Shown piece after piece: positions 41,801 to 55,900 of a stretch of DNA of 64,000 nucleotides (positions within the stretch are counted from its first letter, which is position 1; each line of letters begins with the position of its first letter). Position numbers and translations under genes: made by a program. The stretch is from Guillardia theta CCMP2712. Its lineage: Eukaryota > Protista > Cryptophyta. The notes under the pieces are model-generated. The model made no database searches. It had not been told where the DNA came from and was given only the letters and a program-made list of their open reading frames with translations. The stretch spans positions 420,711-484,710 of the forward strand of contig NW_005434660.1 in the NCBI RefSeq assembly GCF_000315625.1, written 5' to 3'.

Positions 41801-43948
41801 CTGAAGCGATACCGGGGTCCGGGCTGAGCGCGGTGTTTCTTGGGAAGAACACGGTGACAGCGACGGGAGTGAAGCTTCTGCTTGAGGCAGCGCTGGAGCA
41901 GCGGAAGCTCACAGGAACGGCTGTGGAGCTATGCGGCATACCAGAGGAGACGATGAGGGCAGTGATGTCAGAGCTGGCGGGAAAGGGGAAGGATCAGCTG
42001 GCTGCGGAAGCACAGGAGGACTGGCAGATGGGCGAGGCGCTGAAGGAGGAGCTGATGGAGTTCGAGCGGACTGAGACTTTGGATGTAGAGGAGGGCTCCA
42101 GGGAGCAGGGGGAAGCGCATGCCGCGCGAGAGGGGGGAGAAGGGGAGAGGTAAGGCTGTCTGGTGTGAGGGAGGTAGGAGAGGAATGACGGAGGTGCAAA
42201 TAGGGGGTGCACTACACGGACGTCACAAGCAGACGACGAGAAGGCAGTATGCTTGCAGGATAGCAGGCAAGAGACCAGCACAGCTACGAAGCTATCGGTG
42301 AATACGGCGACTGTGCCATGCTGGAGGAAAGAAGGCAAGGTGTTGGTCAAGCGCCTGATGAATCTACGTTCCAAGTCGTGGCCTTTCCTTGAGCCTGTAG
42401 ACCCTGTGTCTATGAATGCATATGACTACTTTGAGGTCGTGAAGAGGCCGATGGATCTAGGGACGGTAGACAAGAAGCTGGAGAACAATCAATACTCTAC
42501 TTGCGCGTACTTGCTGTACGACGTGTTGAGCACCTTCAAGAACGCGTGCTTGTACAACCCCCCTGAGAATAAGGTCCATCAGCTGGCTCAGGACATGCTG
42601 AAGATCGTAGAGGAGGCCTGTGTCTCCTCTCCGGTGCTGCGGACTGCGTACCAGTTTGCAAACCGCAAGCTCAAGGACGAAGAGTCCCAGGCATCAGGAG
42701 AGAGCTGCGGAAGTGGCGAGGACCAGGCCAGCGAGAAACGCGACGAGCCCGACACGTAAGATGCTTGCTGTGTGCTTGTCGCGGGGAGGGGCTGACAATG
42801 CACGCGCTCACAGGGAGGAGCTTCGGAAGATCCGGGAAGAGCAGGCGTTGCTTGTGAGCGGCCCAGGGCGTACGGTAGTCGGCAAGATCACGGCAGGGCT
42901 GCTGAAGAAAGTCTCTGAGCATCAGAGCGGAAGGATCCTCAAGTTTACCGATCTGATAGTACCAAAAGACCTGGAGAAGCTGATCGAGGTAAGCAACAAA
43001 GCGAGAGCACAGACGTGGCGGCTTGGAGGGAGGTGGGGGGCGAGGGGGGAGGAAGCTGATTGTAGAGGTGGCCAGGCCCTCGCAGAGAACCGGTCGACCG
43101 TGAGGCTAGACCTGGAGGGGTGCGGAGTGGGAGACGTAGGGTGCAGCCTGGTGAGGGAGCTGCTGAAGCGGAACAAGCGGATCTCGGAGATCGACCTGCA
43201 GCTGAACCAGGTAGGGTCGCCAAGAGGCAGAGAGAGGAAGGGGTACTGGGGGCAGTCTGACGGGGCTTGTAGGTGACGGACGGCGGGGCGAAGGCGCTTG
43301 CTGAAGCGATACCGGGGTCCGGGCTGAGCGCGGTGTTTCTTGGGAAGAACACGGTGACAGCGACGGGAGTGAAGCTTCTGCTTGAGGCAGCGCTGGAGCA
43401 GCGGAAGCTCACAGGAACGGCTGTGGAGCTATGCGGCATACCAGAGGAGACGATGAGGGCAGTGATGTCAGAGCTGGCGGGAAAGGGGAAGGATCAGCTG
43501 GCTGCGGAAGCACAGGAGGACTGGCAGATGGGCGAGGCGCTGAAGGAGGAGCTGATGGAGTTCGAGCGGACTGAGACTTTGGATGTAGAGGAGGGCTCCA
43601 AGAAGCAGGGGGAAGCGCATGCCGCGCGAGAGGGGGGAGAAGGGGAGAGGTAAGGCTGTCTGGTGTGAGGGAGGTAGGAGAGGAATGACGGAGGTGCAAA
43701 TAGGGGGTGCACTACACGGACGTCACAAGCAGACGACGAGAAGGCAGTATGCTTGCAGGATAGCAGGCAAGAGACCAGCACAGCTACGAAGCTATCGGTG
43801 AATACGGCGACTGTGCCATGCTGGAGGAAAGAAGACAAGGTGTCTGTTACACAGGCGGCAGAAGGCGTAGAGACGATTTGTTTGTGAATTTTTGAGGGAT
43901 TCTTCTTCCTTGCAGATTCCGGAACGGTTTTTTCTGGAGAGTGTTTAA
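35890..43948 (+). CDS. GNAT acetyltransferase - LysM x2 - bromodomain protein with C-terminal tandem (RI-like LRR + bromodomain) units
   Basis: GNAT: AEISLLGGLGCGGHLL...YDYVVLQATENAIKFYERFGF. LysM-like: TYLVQEFESLQSIAQKF...LMEAN...LPNGSIIFLP (about 37989-38141) and about 38467-38619. Bromodomain at 38647-38952 (DY..IVSRPMDL...NAITYN). Repeated units of LRR (LDLEGCGVGDVG, IDLQLNQVTDGGAKALA) + bromodomain (SWPFLEPVD...DYFEVVKRPMDL...NACLYN). The splice junctions I checked keep frame; the start may lie slightly upstream. Confidence 0.82.
39619..43843 (+). repeat. Near-perfect tandem repeat, period exactly 1500 bp, about 2.8 copies (exons and introns)
   Basis: Lines at +1500 offsets are identical except for about 5 substitutions seen (39783, 43217, 43601, 43603, 43835). 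Confidence 0.97.
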
Positions 43949-43980
43949 ATCTTCTTCCTTTTAGTCAATAAAACACTTAG

Positions 43981-46900
43981 CTAAGGGAGGAGTAATACTC
44001 TCAAGTTTCCAAGCTGAGCAATTTCTGGTGGAATTCGCTTGATTGGATTGCCTGGATAGGATTAAGTCCAGTGAAAACGAAACGGACTCTCATCACCTTT
44101 CAGCCAGAGTTCGCTGAGCTGTATACAACCTCCGATACCGCTGAAGCCCTCTGAATCGCACTAGGTCAGACCGAAAACTAGCCCCTCAGTTTCTACCTGG
44201 TAGGGACGTTATGAGGTTGTTTGAGAGCGTCAGGGTGCGGAGAGCTTTGAGTTTGCCTATCATGGAAGGCAAAACCTGACCGAGCAAGTTGTCATGTCGT
44301 GTGCCAGATGTGAGCTAGTTTACCTCAATCTCATTGTCATGGAGCCAAAGTTCTTGCAGGTTGGTGAGCTGTCAGGAGTAGTGTCAGAGAAAGATAGATC
44401 TTCACCATCATCAGCACCTGGCAGATGCTCATCGGCAGTGAGTTCAACTTGTTGTGATCAAGATTCAATTCAGTCAAAGTCACGCAACGCCCAATGGAGG
44501 ATGGTATGCTTTCTAGCGCGTTGTGGTCAACCCAGATTTGCTTGATGGACGGTAAATTCCCTAGTTGTCATCCCCTTCAGGTCAACAGACACGCAGAATG
44601 CAGGAAGCACCTATGGTGGCAGGGAGTTCTTTCAACTGATTGTTGCTCACAGCTAACTGCGTCAGCGCACGGAAGTTTCCAATCTTGACCGGCAAAGTTT
44701 CAAGAGCGTTGTCGGAGATGGTGAGAACCTGCAATGAAGGCGTTAAAGACTTTTGCGGTAGATCTTGACAAACCTGCAGGGTGGTGAGGTCCTCAATCAG
44801 TGGCGGGAGTTCGTAGAGGCGATTCGCACTGAGAGACAAGATCTGGAGGTTGAACAACATGTTCATGGAAGCTGGAAGGATCGCAAGTTGGTTTTCTCGC
44901 AGTGACAACTGAGTCAAACTCTCGAGCGAACCAATGGAGGGAGGGAGTTTGACTAGAGCATTCTGAATCAAGTTGAACTTCATCAGATTCTTCAGATTGC
45001 CAACCCCCGGAGGTAGAGAGGTGAGGCGATTCGTTTGAAGCTCCAGCTCAGTGATAGACGTGCAACCCCCCAGCCCTTGAGGAAGAGAAGACAGGCGGTT
45101 CTGCGCCAGAGACAAGTGAGTGAGCGCACTAAGTTGCTTGATGGTGTCAGGCAGGGTGACGATCTGATTGTTGGCAAGAACTAACACCTCAAGGGTGTAC
45201 ATCTCACAGACGACCGCGGGAAATTGCGTGAATTCATTGTTGTTCAAGATCAATTGCTTCAAGTAGCGAGTGAGTATCTCACCCTCGAACATCATCGGGG
45301 GGAGAGAAGACAGCATGTTGTGAGCCAGGTTCATCGACTTGATGAGAGCGAGCTCTGCTATCCTCTTGTTCGCTTCTGTGAGTGTGTTGTGCTCGAAGTT
45401 CAACTCGGTCAAGTTGCTCATCTCAGCGATATGTGACGGGATGCCGACGATCTCGTTCTTGCTCACGTTGAGGGTTCGCAATGAGATGAGGGCAGTCATC
45501 TTTGGGTCCAGGTTCCTCAGCTGATTCCCGGACAGGTCGAGGGAAGTCAGGTACGTCATGTACTCGATCTCCATAGGAAAGCTCTCCAACCCAAGGTTCG
45601 GCATGTCCAGACTGCGGGTCACCCGAGCTTGCAACAGGCAGTGGAAGAAGCTTATAATCGCCTTGGTGCCCAGCGCGACGGTTTCGATAGGAGGCGAAGT
45701 TGTGTGATTGTCTGTGACATCTAGAGTCTCTAGGTTCGTCAGTTTGCCTACAGTCAGCGGGAGGATCGTGAGCTTGTTGCGGTAGAGGAGCAGCTTCTTG
45801 AGCGCCGTCAAGTTCCCAATAGTGCCAGGCAGCGCCTCGAGGTTGTTCACAGCGAGATCGAGATGAGCGAGCGAAGTCAACTCTCCTATGGAGTCTGGCA
45901 GCTTGAGCAGCCGGTTGTTGTTCATGTTGAGGGATGTGATGCAGGTGAAGAGATTGATCCTCTGCGGCAGCGACTGCATCTGATTGTTGGAGAAGTCGAT
46001 ACTGAGCAGATCAGGAAATGCCGCGGCGTCACGAGGAAAGTTAATCATTCCCAAGTCAGCCAGAGCCAATGTATGGTCGGACCTTGCTTCCAAGAACCCA
46101 CGGAAGTAATGCAGAGTTGACTCTGATCCCTTGGCAATCACTTCGTAAGGTGGGGCCTTGCAAGCTTTGTTCTCTGCCAATGCAAACTGTTTGATGTTGG
46201 GCAGCTTGCCAATCTCTATGGGCACCTGGGTGATTTTGTTTCTGGTGAGCTTGCAATCCACAAGTTGCGTACACCGACATAGGTTTCTAGGAACTGTTGT
46301 CAACTGATTTTCAGATGCATCAAGAATTTTCAGTTTGAGCAAACGACCGATGGACGATGGGATAGCCTGTATCTGATTGTGATGCGTTCTAAACTCTTCC
46401 AGGTTGTCAAGATCGCCGATCTCATTGGGGAGACTGGGCAAGCGATTCTTTCCGACGTTGAGGTAAGTGAGCGACGTCAAATTCTGAATCTCAGAAGGCA
46501 GATCATTCAATCTGTTATTCTCAGCGTCTAAGTAGGACAGGCTGACCAGATTGACGAACAAGTTGTCGGGAAACTTAGGGATGTTCTCATTCTCGTTGAA
46601 TTTGAGTATGCGCAACCGAGTCAGGTAGATCAACGTGTTGGGCAACTCTGACAGCTCGTTGTGTGAGAGATCCAAAGATGTCAACAACGTGCAAAGACCA
46701 ATAGCTGAATCCAATTGCGAGATCAGATTCTGGGAAAAATTGATTTCCTCCAGCTGAATGTTGGCTCCAATATTCTCAGGAATTCTTCGGATTCTGTTTT
46801 CACTGATATCCAGTTTCCTTGCTCCATACGGCCCCTGGTCCCCGTTGGGATTTGGAGGTCGGTCAACCAACAGCTCGATGTCGATAGGATACGTTCCAAT

Positions 46901-49900
46901 ATCCTTCTTGTTGTAGATGAACTCATGTTTGCTCCGAGATTGAAGAACATGCGAGCAGAAGTCTATGATAGCCTGCGTTCCTTTGGTCCAAACGTCCCTT
47001 GGCGGCGCTTGTATCGGGTTCCCGGTCACATTCAATTCCCTCAAGCTCTTCTTCAAGTGACCAACTTCGATAGGAATTCTCTTCAGCTTATTGCTCGACA
47101 GCGTTAACGTGTTGAGGCGAGTTGACTTCCAGATGGTATTCGGTATCTCTTGCAACTGATTTCCATCCAGGTACACCAATTCCAGAGAAACGCAATCAAA
47201 GATTTCATCGGGCAGTACTGAAATTTCACAATCGTTTGCTATAATCTTTTTCAATTTCATCAGCTTACCGATAGTCCTTGGGAAAGATCTCAAAGCATTG
47301 TTCTGTACTTCTATCTCCACGACAGATTCCCATTCACCGATCGTTATAGGCAATTCTCTCAGCGAATTCTCGTCAGCCTTGAAGCGATTAATCTTGGTCC
47401 AATTTCCAATCTCACCAGGTAGATACTGCAGTTCATTCTCGCTGATGTCAACTGTAATAAGCTCAACTAAATTTCCAATCTCTTTCGGCAGTTGGACAAG
47501 CACGTTGTCTTGAAGTTTTAACTTTGTTACTGAAGTCAGTAGACCGATGTCCGGCGGGATGGTTCGCATTTCATTGGAAGCCAGGGTAAGGTCTACCAGC
47601 ATCGTCAGGGTACATATTTCACGTGGAAAGAACGCCAGGCCCATCTCACGCAAGTCGAGTCTCTTATACAGCTCTGCTTCCTTGAGAGTCCTCATGTACA
47701 CCATTATCGACTGCGTACCCTCCGAAACGATTTCTGGCGGCGGAGTCTCTAGTTTGTTTCCTGTCACATTGATCACATTGAGGTTGTCACACTGGCACAG
47801 GGCCAGCGGGAGATATTCTATTTGATTGTATTGCACAGACAGCACCTCCAACGCATCCAGTTTTCCGAGCTCCTCCGGCAGATCTTTCAGTTCGTTCTGG
47901 TCGAAGACAAGTTGCTTCAGGTTGTTCAGCTGCTCGATTTCAGGAGGAATCTGCTGAATCTCGTTGTCCACCATCTTGAGTCGTGTGAGATTAGTAAGGA
48001 GGAAAACCTCCACAGGAATGTGTTTCAGTCCCATCTTATCAAGGACAAGATTTCCCGTTTGACGGGCGGCATGCACTCTCTTGATGTAGTTGAGAACAAC
48101 TCCTTCACCACTCATCGTGATGGCTCTCGGAGGAATTCGCAAGCTCTCCACCTCATCCATGATAAACCGCAACTTGGTCAAGACCGTCAGATCGTATACC
48201 TCGATCGATAGCTTCTTGACCTGCGTCAACCTCATCATGCCCTGCGGGAGTGACACCAACGGGTTGGAGGTGCACATCAGCTCAGTCAGACTTGAAAGTT
48301 TGTACAGCTCGAAGGGTAGCAATTCTATCTGATTGTGCGACAGCCATAATTGTTTCAGAAATCCGAAGGATGAAATCTCCTCTGGGATCGATTCCAACTT
48401 GTTGTAAGATAATTTCAAGACTTCAAGAGCGGTGAGTCGCGTGAAGCCATTGGGCAATCTCGTCAACAAGTTGTCACAGAGGTTCAGGCTGATCAAACTT
48501 TCGAGGTGACCAAATCGGTTAGGAAGCTCGTGCAATTCATTATGTAGCAGTTTCAGACGCGTAAGCCTCGTCATTTCATACACTTCTTCGATCAGATATG
48601 TCAGCGACAGCCCTGTAAGGTCAAGGGCATCATCTATCCAGGCCTGTGAAATTCCATTCAAAAATGCCTTCATAGCTGCTGTGCCTTTCAAAACCACTGG
48701 TGGCGGAGGAACAGCGAGCTCGGCGTTGTCATCAACTTCAAGCTTGTCCAGGCTTTTCATCCGTCCCACTGACCAAGGAATCTTCTGCAAACTGTTTCCT
48801 ATCACGCTCAATTCTTCCAGCCAATTCATTTCCCCAATTTCGTCAGGTAGATCTTCAATCAGATTGTCGATAAGCGACAACTTGGTCAGATTGGTAAGTT
48901 TTGCGATCTCCTTGGGGATATGGCGCAACTTGTTGTGATCCAACTTCAATTCTCGTAATTGCCACATTTCCGAGACTGCTGGAGGCAGAATAAGCAGTCG
49001 ATTTTCAGAGGCATTCAGTTCTGTCAGTTGTGTCATTTGTCTGATTGCCAGGGGCAACATTTTGAGCAAATTGTCAGACACATTCAACTTTGTTAGACCA
49101 GGAACTTGGCAGATTTCAAGCGGGATCTGCTGCAGCGCCATCTTGCTCAAATCGATCTCTCGTGTCGACCTGCCTTGAAACATTTCCTTGAGGTATTCGA
49201 CGATGGCAGCTGCGCCTTCTCGAACGATTTCAGCTGGGGGGTTTCGCAAACTTTGATTTTCCGAGTCAACATGCACCATCTGCAGACTTGTGACACATCC
49301 CAGCTCAGCAGGCAGCTGGCGCAATTCGTTTCCAGTGATAGTGAGCTCTTTCAGCCTTGTGAGCTGTGACACAGAGCCTGGCAGCTCGACAAGATAGTTG
49401 TTTGACAGGCTCAGGTGCGTCAAATTGGTCATATTTCCCACTTCCTTTCTCAAGTTGGGAAGTCCGTTCTCATGCAGGACAAGGGTTTCCAACATATCAA
49501 GCTCACAGACCTCTATGGGAACTGTGACCAACTCTTGCCGAGTCAAATCAAGGTATTTGGTCTTGCGCGCTTCAACAATCCTCAACAGATATTGTACTAT
49601 TCCATAAGTTCCCTTGCTGGCAATCTGTGGAGGCGGAGTTTCAAGTTGGGGGTTGTTGTCGATGTAAAGAGCGTGCAAGCGAGTGAGTAGTCCAACTTCA
49701 ACAGGAATCCTTTGCAAGCGATTATGGCTGAGCAACATCTTTTCGAGGTTCGCAAGATTTCCAATCTCCACTGGCAGTGTTGTCAGTTGATTCCAGGCCA
49801 AGTGGAGCTCTTTTAAGGAAGTCAAAGTGCCAATTTGTTTCGGCAGCTCCTCTATTCTGTTTCCAACAAGCTTGAGCACTTCAATCTGCGTGAAAGCTTC

Positions 49901-52900
49901 GATGACAACAGGCATACTTGTCAATCGATTGTCCGACAACCACAGCTCTTTCAATTTTTCGCATCTTCCAATATTTGCAGGAAGACTATTGATCTGATTT
50001 TTTTCCGCCTTTAATGTCACCAGATTTGCTAATAGACCAATCTCAGGCGGAAACGTTTTTAGCTTGTTCTGAGACAATTTCAAAGCTGTGAGAGAGGTCA
50101 TTTGCCCAAGTTCAGGGCCAAGTACCTCGATATCATTGTCTACCAATGACATCGTGGTGACATTGATCAAGAAACGAACTTCTTTAGGAATTTCTGTAAT
50201 CTTGTTGTTCCAAAGCTGAAGTTCTTGCAAAGAAGGGATGGTTGTAATGATGGCAGGTATGGAAAACAAGCCCATACCACTCAAGTCAAGTCGCCTCGTT
50301 TCGCTTGCCTTGTGTATACTTCGGAGAAATCTCAAGGTTGCAGATGTGCCTAATTCCCAAACCTCTTTCGGGGGAGATTTGAGGTCATTTGTATCGAAGA
50401 TCAGCTCCTGTAAATCTGGAATGTCACCAAGCTGCCAAGGAAGACTTTGTAAGGGATTTCCCTGAAGACGAAAGATATTCAAGCTCTTCATTTGTCCAAT
50501 CTCACCAGCGATAGAGTATATCTTGTTGTCTTTCAAAGACAACAACTGAAGGTTACATAGCTTTGCTATCACCGGCGGCATCACTGTGAAGAGATTCTTG
50601 TCCAAAACGAGCTCGCGCAAACTTGTCAGCAATGCAATCTCCCCGGGTAAAGCGTTCAATTCATTCTGAGCAATCCACAAAACCGAGAGTGAAACCAAAT
50701 TCCCAATGAATGACGGTATGGAAGTGAGCAAATTCCAGCTGAGTGAAAGATGTTCTAGGTACCGAAGCTCTCCTATTTCAGGAGGCACAAGGGTAAGTCC
50801 AAATCCTTCCAGACTGAGCTTTTTGTCGAACCGGGAATGATATATGTTCTTCAGGTAGCCCATGATCGCGGGTGTACCCTTGTTGAGGACCTCTTCTGGG
50901 GGGGTTCTGAGATCATCCATGTCCATTTTCAGCTGTTGCAGGTTTTCAAGGAGCCCGAACTCAGCTGGGAGTGCGACAATTCGATTGCCTGCTGCACTCA
51001 ATTCCGTCAGACTTGCAAGCTTTCCTATTTCTGGTGGGAAATTCATCAACCTATTCTTGTCTAATCGTAAATAAGTCAAACTTGTCACATCAGTAACTTC
51101 TTTGGGCAGGTACGTCAAACCATAATTTGATATATCCAGGACGCCTGTCGACCTGGCATCGTAACATCGTTTCATGTACCTGATGCAGTGCATCGTTCCT
51201 TTCTCAAACACAACACGTGGAGGGGAGACCAGGTCTTTGTTGTGGTCTAACATCAAAGCCTCAAGTTGAGATAGTTTGCCCAGCTCCATTGGAATTCGTT
51301 CAAGAGAATTGTTCTGCAACGTAAGTTCTATCAGATTCTCCAGGTCCCCGATCTCCTTTGGCACAGTCTTCAACAAGTTGAATGGCAGCTTCAATTGAGT
51401 GAGAGAAGTCATTGAGCCCATTTCTGTCGGCAGACTTTCAAGTTGGTTGTTCGACAGTCTCAGGTCCTTGCAGCTCACCAGTTGACCCATAACAGGTGGG
51501 AGCTGCATCAAGTTGTTCTTGTGCAACCACAACTTCTTCAAGTGAACCAGCTTGCCAAATTCAGGGATCAAATGAGTGATACTGTTGTTATCCGCTTTCA
51601 AAGATTCCAACTTTGTCATTTGCCCTATGACCGGAGTCAACTTTGTGAAATCATTGTATGAAATTCTCAATTTCCGCAAGTTCAAAAGCTTTCCCATTTC
51701 TGGGGGCAGCACAGATATCTTGTTATCAATCACTGACAGAGAAGTCAATTTGAGCAGACCTCCAATCGCCGATGGTAAGTTTGTTAAGTTATTCTTGAAC
51801 AACTTCAGTTGAGTCAGATTCGTCATTCGCACAACCTCAATCGGGACAAAAGTCAACCCATTGCAGCTCAAATCCAATTTTGCTGTCCATTTGGCTCTAT
51901 TGAATTTCCTCAAATAATCCAAGATCACCACAGCCCCCTTATCCACCACCTCTCGAGGGGGAACCTCAAGGGAATCATTGTGACTGGCATCAACAAATTC
52001 TAACTTGGTCAGCCAACACATGTCTGAAGGTAATGCTTCTATCTTGTTGTATGCTATGCTGATTTTTTTCAGGTTGTAAAGCTCCAATGCAGGACGTGGA
52101 AATTCCTCGAAGACATTGTTATCAATATCCAATTCTTCTAAGTTTTGCAAGCGAGCAAATTCGGAAGGAAGGCTGTCAAGTTGATTGGCAGTCAAGTACA
52201 AGTATTTGAGACTTGTCAAAGTAGCTAACAGGGGGGGAATTTCTGTAATGTGATTCTCAACCAGGGATAAGCTGGTCAAATCAGTCAGCAAGAAAACAGA
52301 ATATGGAACGCTGCGAAGTAAATAGCCGTCGAGGTTCAAAATATTGCTCCTCTCTGCTTTTCCAATTTTATCTAGATAGACCACTATCTCTTGTGTGTTC
52401 TGTTCTGCGAGCATCAAAATCTCTGACGGTGGATCTTTCAATTCATTTCCATCGAGCGTGAGAGTTACCAACTTCGTCAGATTTCCCATTGAGGAAGGAA
52501 GAAATGTTAAAAGGTTGCGGTCAAGGTGAAGGGCAGTGAGGTTGGTAAATGAGCCAATTACAGCATCAACCTCCGCAAGGAGATTGTCATTCAGTGATAA
52601 TCCAGTTATGTACTGCATGTCAAGGATTTCAGGTGGCAGAAACGACAACTTCATATTATCCATGAACAAAAGCTGGGTCGTTCTTGCCTCCAAAATCCTT
52701 CCCAGGTACTCGATGATCACGTCACAACCTTGATCAAGAATCAACTTCGGTGGTTTCTCCCACGGGTTCGACTCAAGCGCAAGGTCGGTCAGGTTGGTAA
52801 GTCTTCCCATTTCGGGTGGAAGAACTTCGACCTCATTGTGATCGATGAGAATCTGAGATAGATGAGTAGCATTTCCAATCTCATGCGAAATCTTGCATAT

Positions 52901-55900
52901 GGTATTGTAAGAACATTGCAAGGTTGTCAGACTAGACAGACTGCCGACACCAAGTGGAATTGCGGTCAACGAGTTGTGAGATAAGATCAAAGATCTCAAA
53001 GATCTCATGTTGTGCACTGCAGGAATCAAAATTAAACTATTGAACTCAAGATTCAAATACTCCAGAGCTGTCATGTTCATCAAGGACATGGGCAAATTCT
53101 GCAAATTGTTATGGTCTATTTGTAAAATTCTGAGGTTGATTAGTTCTCCAAACTGATTCGGCAGGGACTGTATCATGTTCATGTCTGCTCGCAGCTCAGT
53201 CAGCGATGACAAATGTACGAGCTTGTCGGGGAGGATCTCAATGTTGTTACGGGATATGATGAGCGAGGCTAGATGCTGAAGTTGCCCCAACTCATCTGGC
53301 AAGTCCTTCAAGATGTTATCTGACAAGGCCAACGACGTCAAGGCAGTAACTTTGCTTATCGTTGGCGGCAAATGTTTCAGATTGTTGTTGAACAATTTCA
53401 TTTCGGACACATCGGGCAGGATCGTTGAAATCAAGGGAAAATTGGGATTTCCCATGCTGCTCAAATCAAGACAGTTGTTGTAGCGAGCGTTATGAACATT
53501 TCTGAGAAATCGGAGTATCTGGTCAATGCCTTGTTCAATGACCTCCCGTGGCGGTATTTTCAAGATCTCTTCATCGATTGCCAACTGCTTCAGGTTGGTC
53601 AGCAAACCCATTTCATAAGGCAACATCTGAATGTTGTTCTCCCGGAGGGATAAGAATTCTAGATTTGTCAAGTTTCCGATCTCAGGCAATATCGTTTCAA
53701 TCCCATTTTCATCCAGATCTAAGGACTTCAATGAAGAATAATATTGAATGGTTGACGGTATTGTATTCAACTTGTTTTTCCTCAACGAGATATGAGTCAA
53801 ATTCGTCAAACTCGATGAATCTGCGGGCAGAGATCTTAGCTGATTGCCGTCCAGCAGTATGCTGGATATTCTTGTTATTTGTGTCACCTCATTTGGCAAG
53901 AATGTGAGACCGAAATTTCTAAGATCTAACATCCCCGAATCGTGCGCTTTAAGAAGGGAGCGCAAGTATGCGATGATAACTGTCGGGCCTTGCGCAATCA
54001 CGTCATGCGGAGGGGAGCTGATATCGTGGTTCCCGTCCAGGTTCAACTCTTCCAGTTTTTCCAACAACCCAAGTTCAATGGGCAAACTGGTCAATTCATT
54101 GTAGGATATACTGAAAGACGAAAGATTAGAAAGCTTTCCTATGCTTTTTGGCAAGGTTCTTAGATTGTTGTCAACAAAAGACAATTCTGTCAAATTGCAC
54201 AAGTTAGAAATCTTCTCTTGCACTTCCGTTAGTTGATTGTCGGTGAGTGACAGTCTGGTCAACGATGTAAGATTCAAAACTTCTGGAGGAATACGTTCAA
54301 GACTGAGGCCCATCAAATCCAACGACTTGGTATTCCTTGACTGAAATACTCTTGTAAGATAATCCAAAACCAATTTCGAGCCTTGCTTTATAATATCTGC
54401 TGGAGGTGATTGAATATCGTTGCCGTCAATCAACAGCATTGCAAGACTATTAATGTTTCCCAGTTCCACAGGAAGTACCTTAATCTTGTTATCTGTTAAA
54501 GATAACTCTGATAGATTTGTCAATTGGCCAATCTCAGAGGGCATAAAGCCGATGGCATTCCCTGCAATTCTGAATCGGTTGAGAGTTGTCAGATTTCCAA
54601 TCCCAGGAGTAAGGAATTGGATTTGGTTGTAAGAGAGGTGAAGTTCTGTCAATGAAGTAAGAGACTCAATCTGTTCTGGGAAAAGCTGAAGTTTATTGTA
54701 TGACAAGTTCAGCACTGCCAAGTTAGTCAAGGCTGATATGGACTCAGGAATCATGGAAAGCTGGTTTGAATACAGTTCAAGAACTTGAAGACTTGTCATG
54801 AGCCCAAGGAAACTCGGTGCCTGCTCCATTTGGTTGTTATCAGCCTTGAGATGTTCCAAGTAGATCAAGCTACAGATAGAATTAGGTAATTCACGGATTG
54901 AATTGCCAGAAATATCAAGAAACACCAACTTTGTCAACTGATCAATTTTGGTCGGAACCTCTGTCAAGTTGTTTCTAGCCAGTGAAAGATTGGTAATGTT
55001 GGTCAGAGCAAAAATTTCGGCAGGTACCGATGGGAGTCCCATGCTGCTCATATCCAGATATCCTTCCTTACGACGCATGCTGTCAAGCATTCTTTTCAGA
55101 TAGTCCAAGACTGCAGAGGAGCCCTCAACCTGGATTTCTTTTGGAGGCGAAACCAATTCAGGATTATTCTGGAATGCCAAATTCTCGAGAGTGCTTGCCA
55201 GTAACCCGAGTTGAGGCGGCAAAGCTTTCATCTTGTTGTTTGTGACCGAAAGCTTTGCAAGTGAAGTCAAGTTTCCAATAGTTTGGGGTAGCATTGTTAA
55301 ATTGTTGTTGTCGAGAAGAAGCTTGTTCAAATGAGACAGGTTGCCAAGGCCATTTGGCAAACTTTCGATTCTGTTGTTATGCAACCATAGCTCGTTGAGA
55401 TTGACCATCTTTCCAATGTCTTCAGGTAAACTTCTTAACTTATTCCCTGTCAAAGAGATTTCAGACAAAGAATGCATTTCCAGCACATGTTCAGGAAGTT
55501 CCTTCAGCCCCATGTAGCTCAAATCCAGCTTGTGAGTCATTTCAGACATATCAATCCTCTTCAAGTATTTGAGAATCATTGGTATGCCTCGAAGATTCAC
55601 TTCAGGGGGGGGGATCTTGATGTTTCGGAATTCATCGATTTGTATGTCTGTCAATGTGGTGATGTTTCCTAATGCTGGTTCAAGCTCCGTGATTGGATTG
55701 TTGTCTAGAATCAAACTGGTTAAGTTTGTCAAGTTTCCAATCATTTTGGGCAAAGTCGAAATCTTATTGAATCTCAGATCCAAACACGTTAGATCGGTAT
55801 ACTCCTTGCAAATGTCAAATGGAATCTCTACCAGTTCTAGGTGGGTAAGATCAAAAACTTTCGTCTCGATGCCATTCAAAATTCGTCTCATGTAGGAAAG

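Noticed and set aside
43981-44800. Roc/COR/kinase C-terminus for the giant LRR protein
   Set aside because: The 3' exons splice into further LRRs and a stop; no P-loop is visible.
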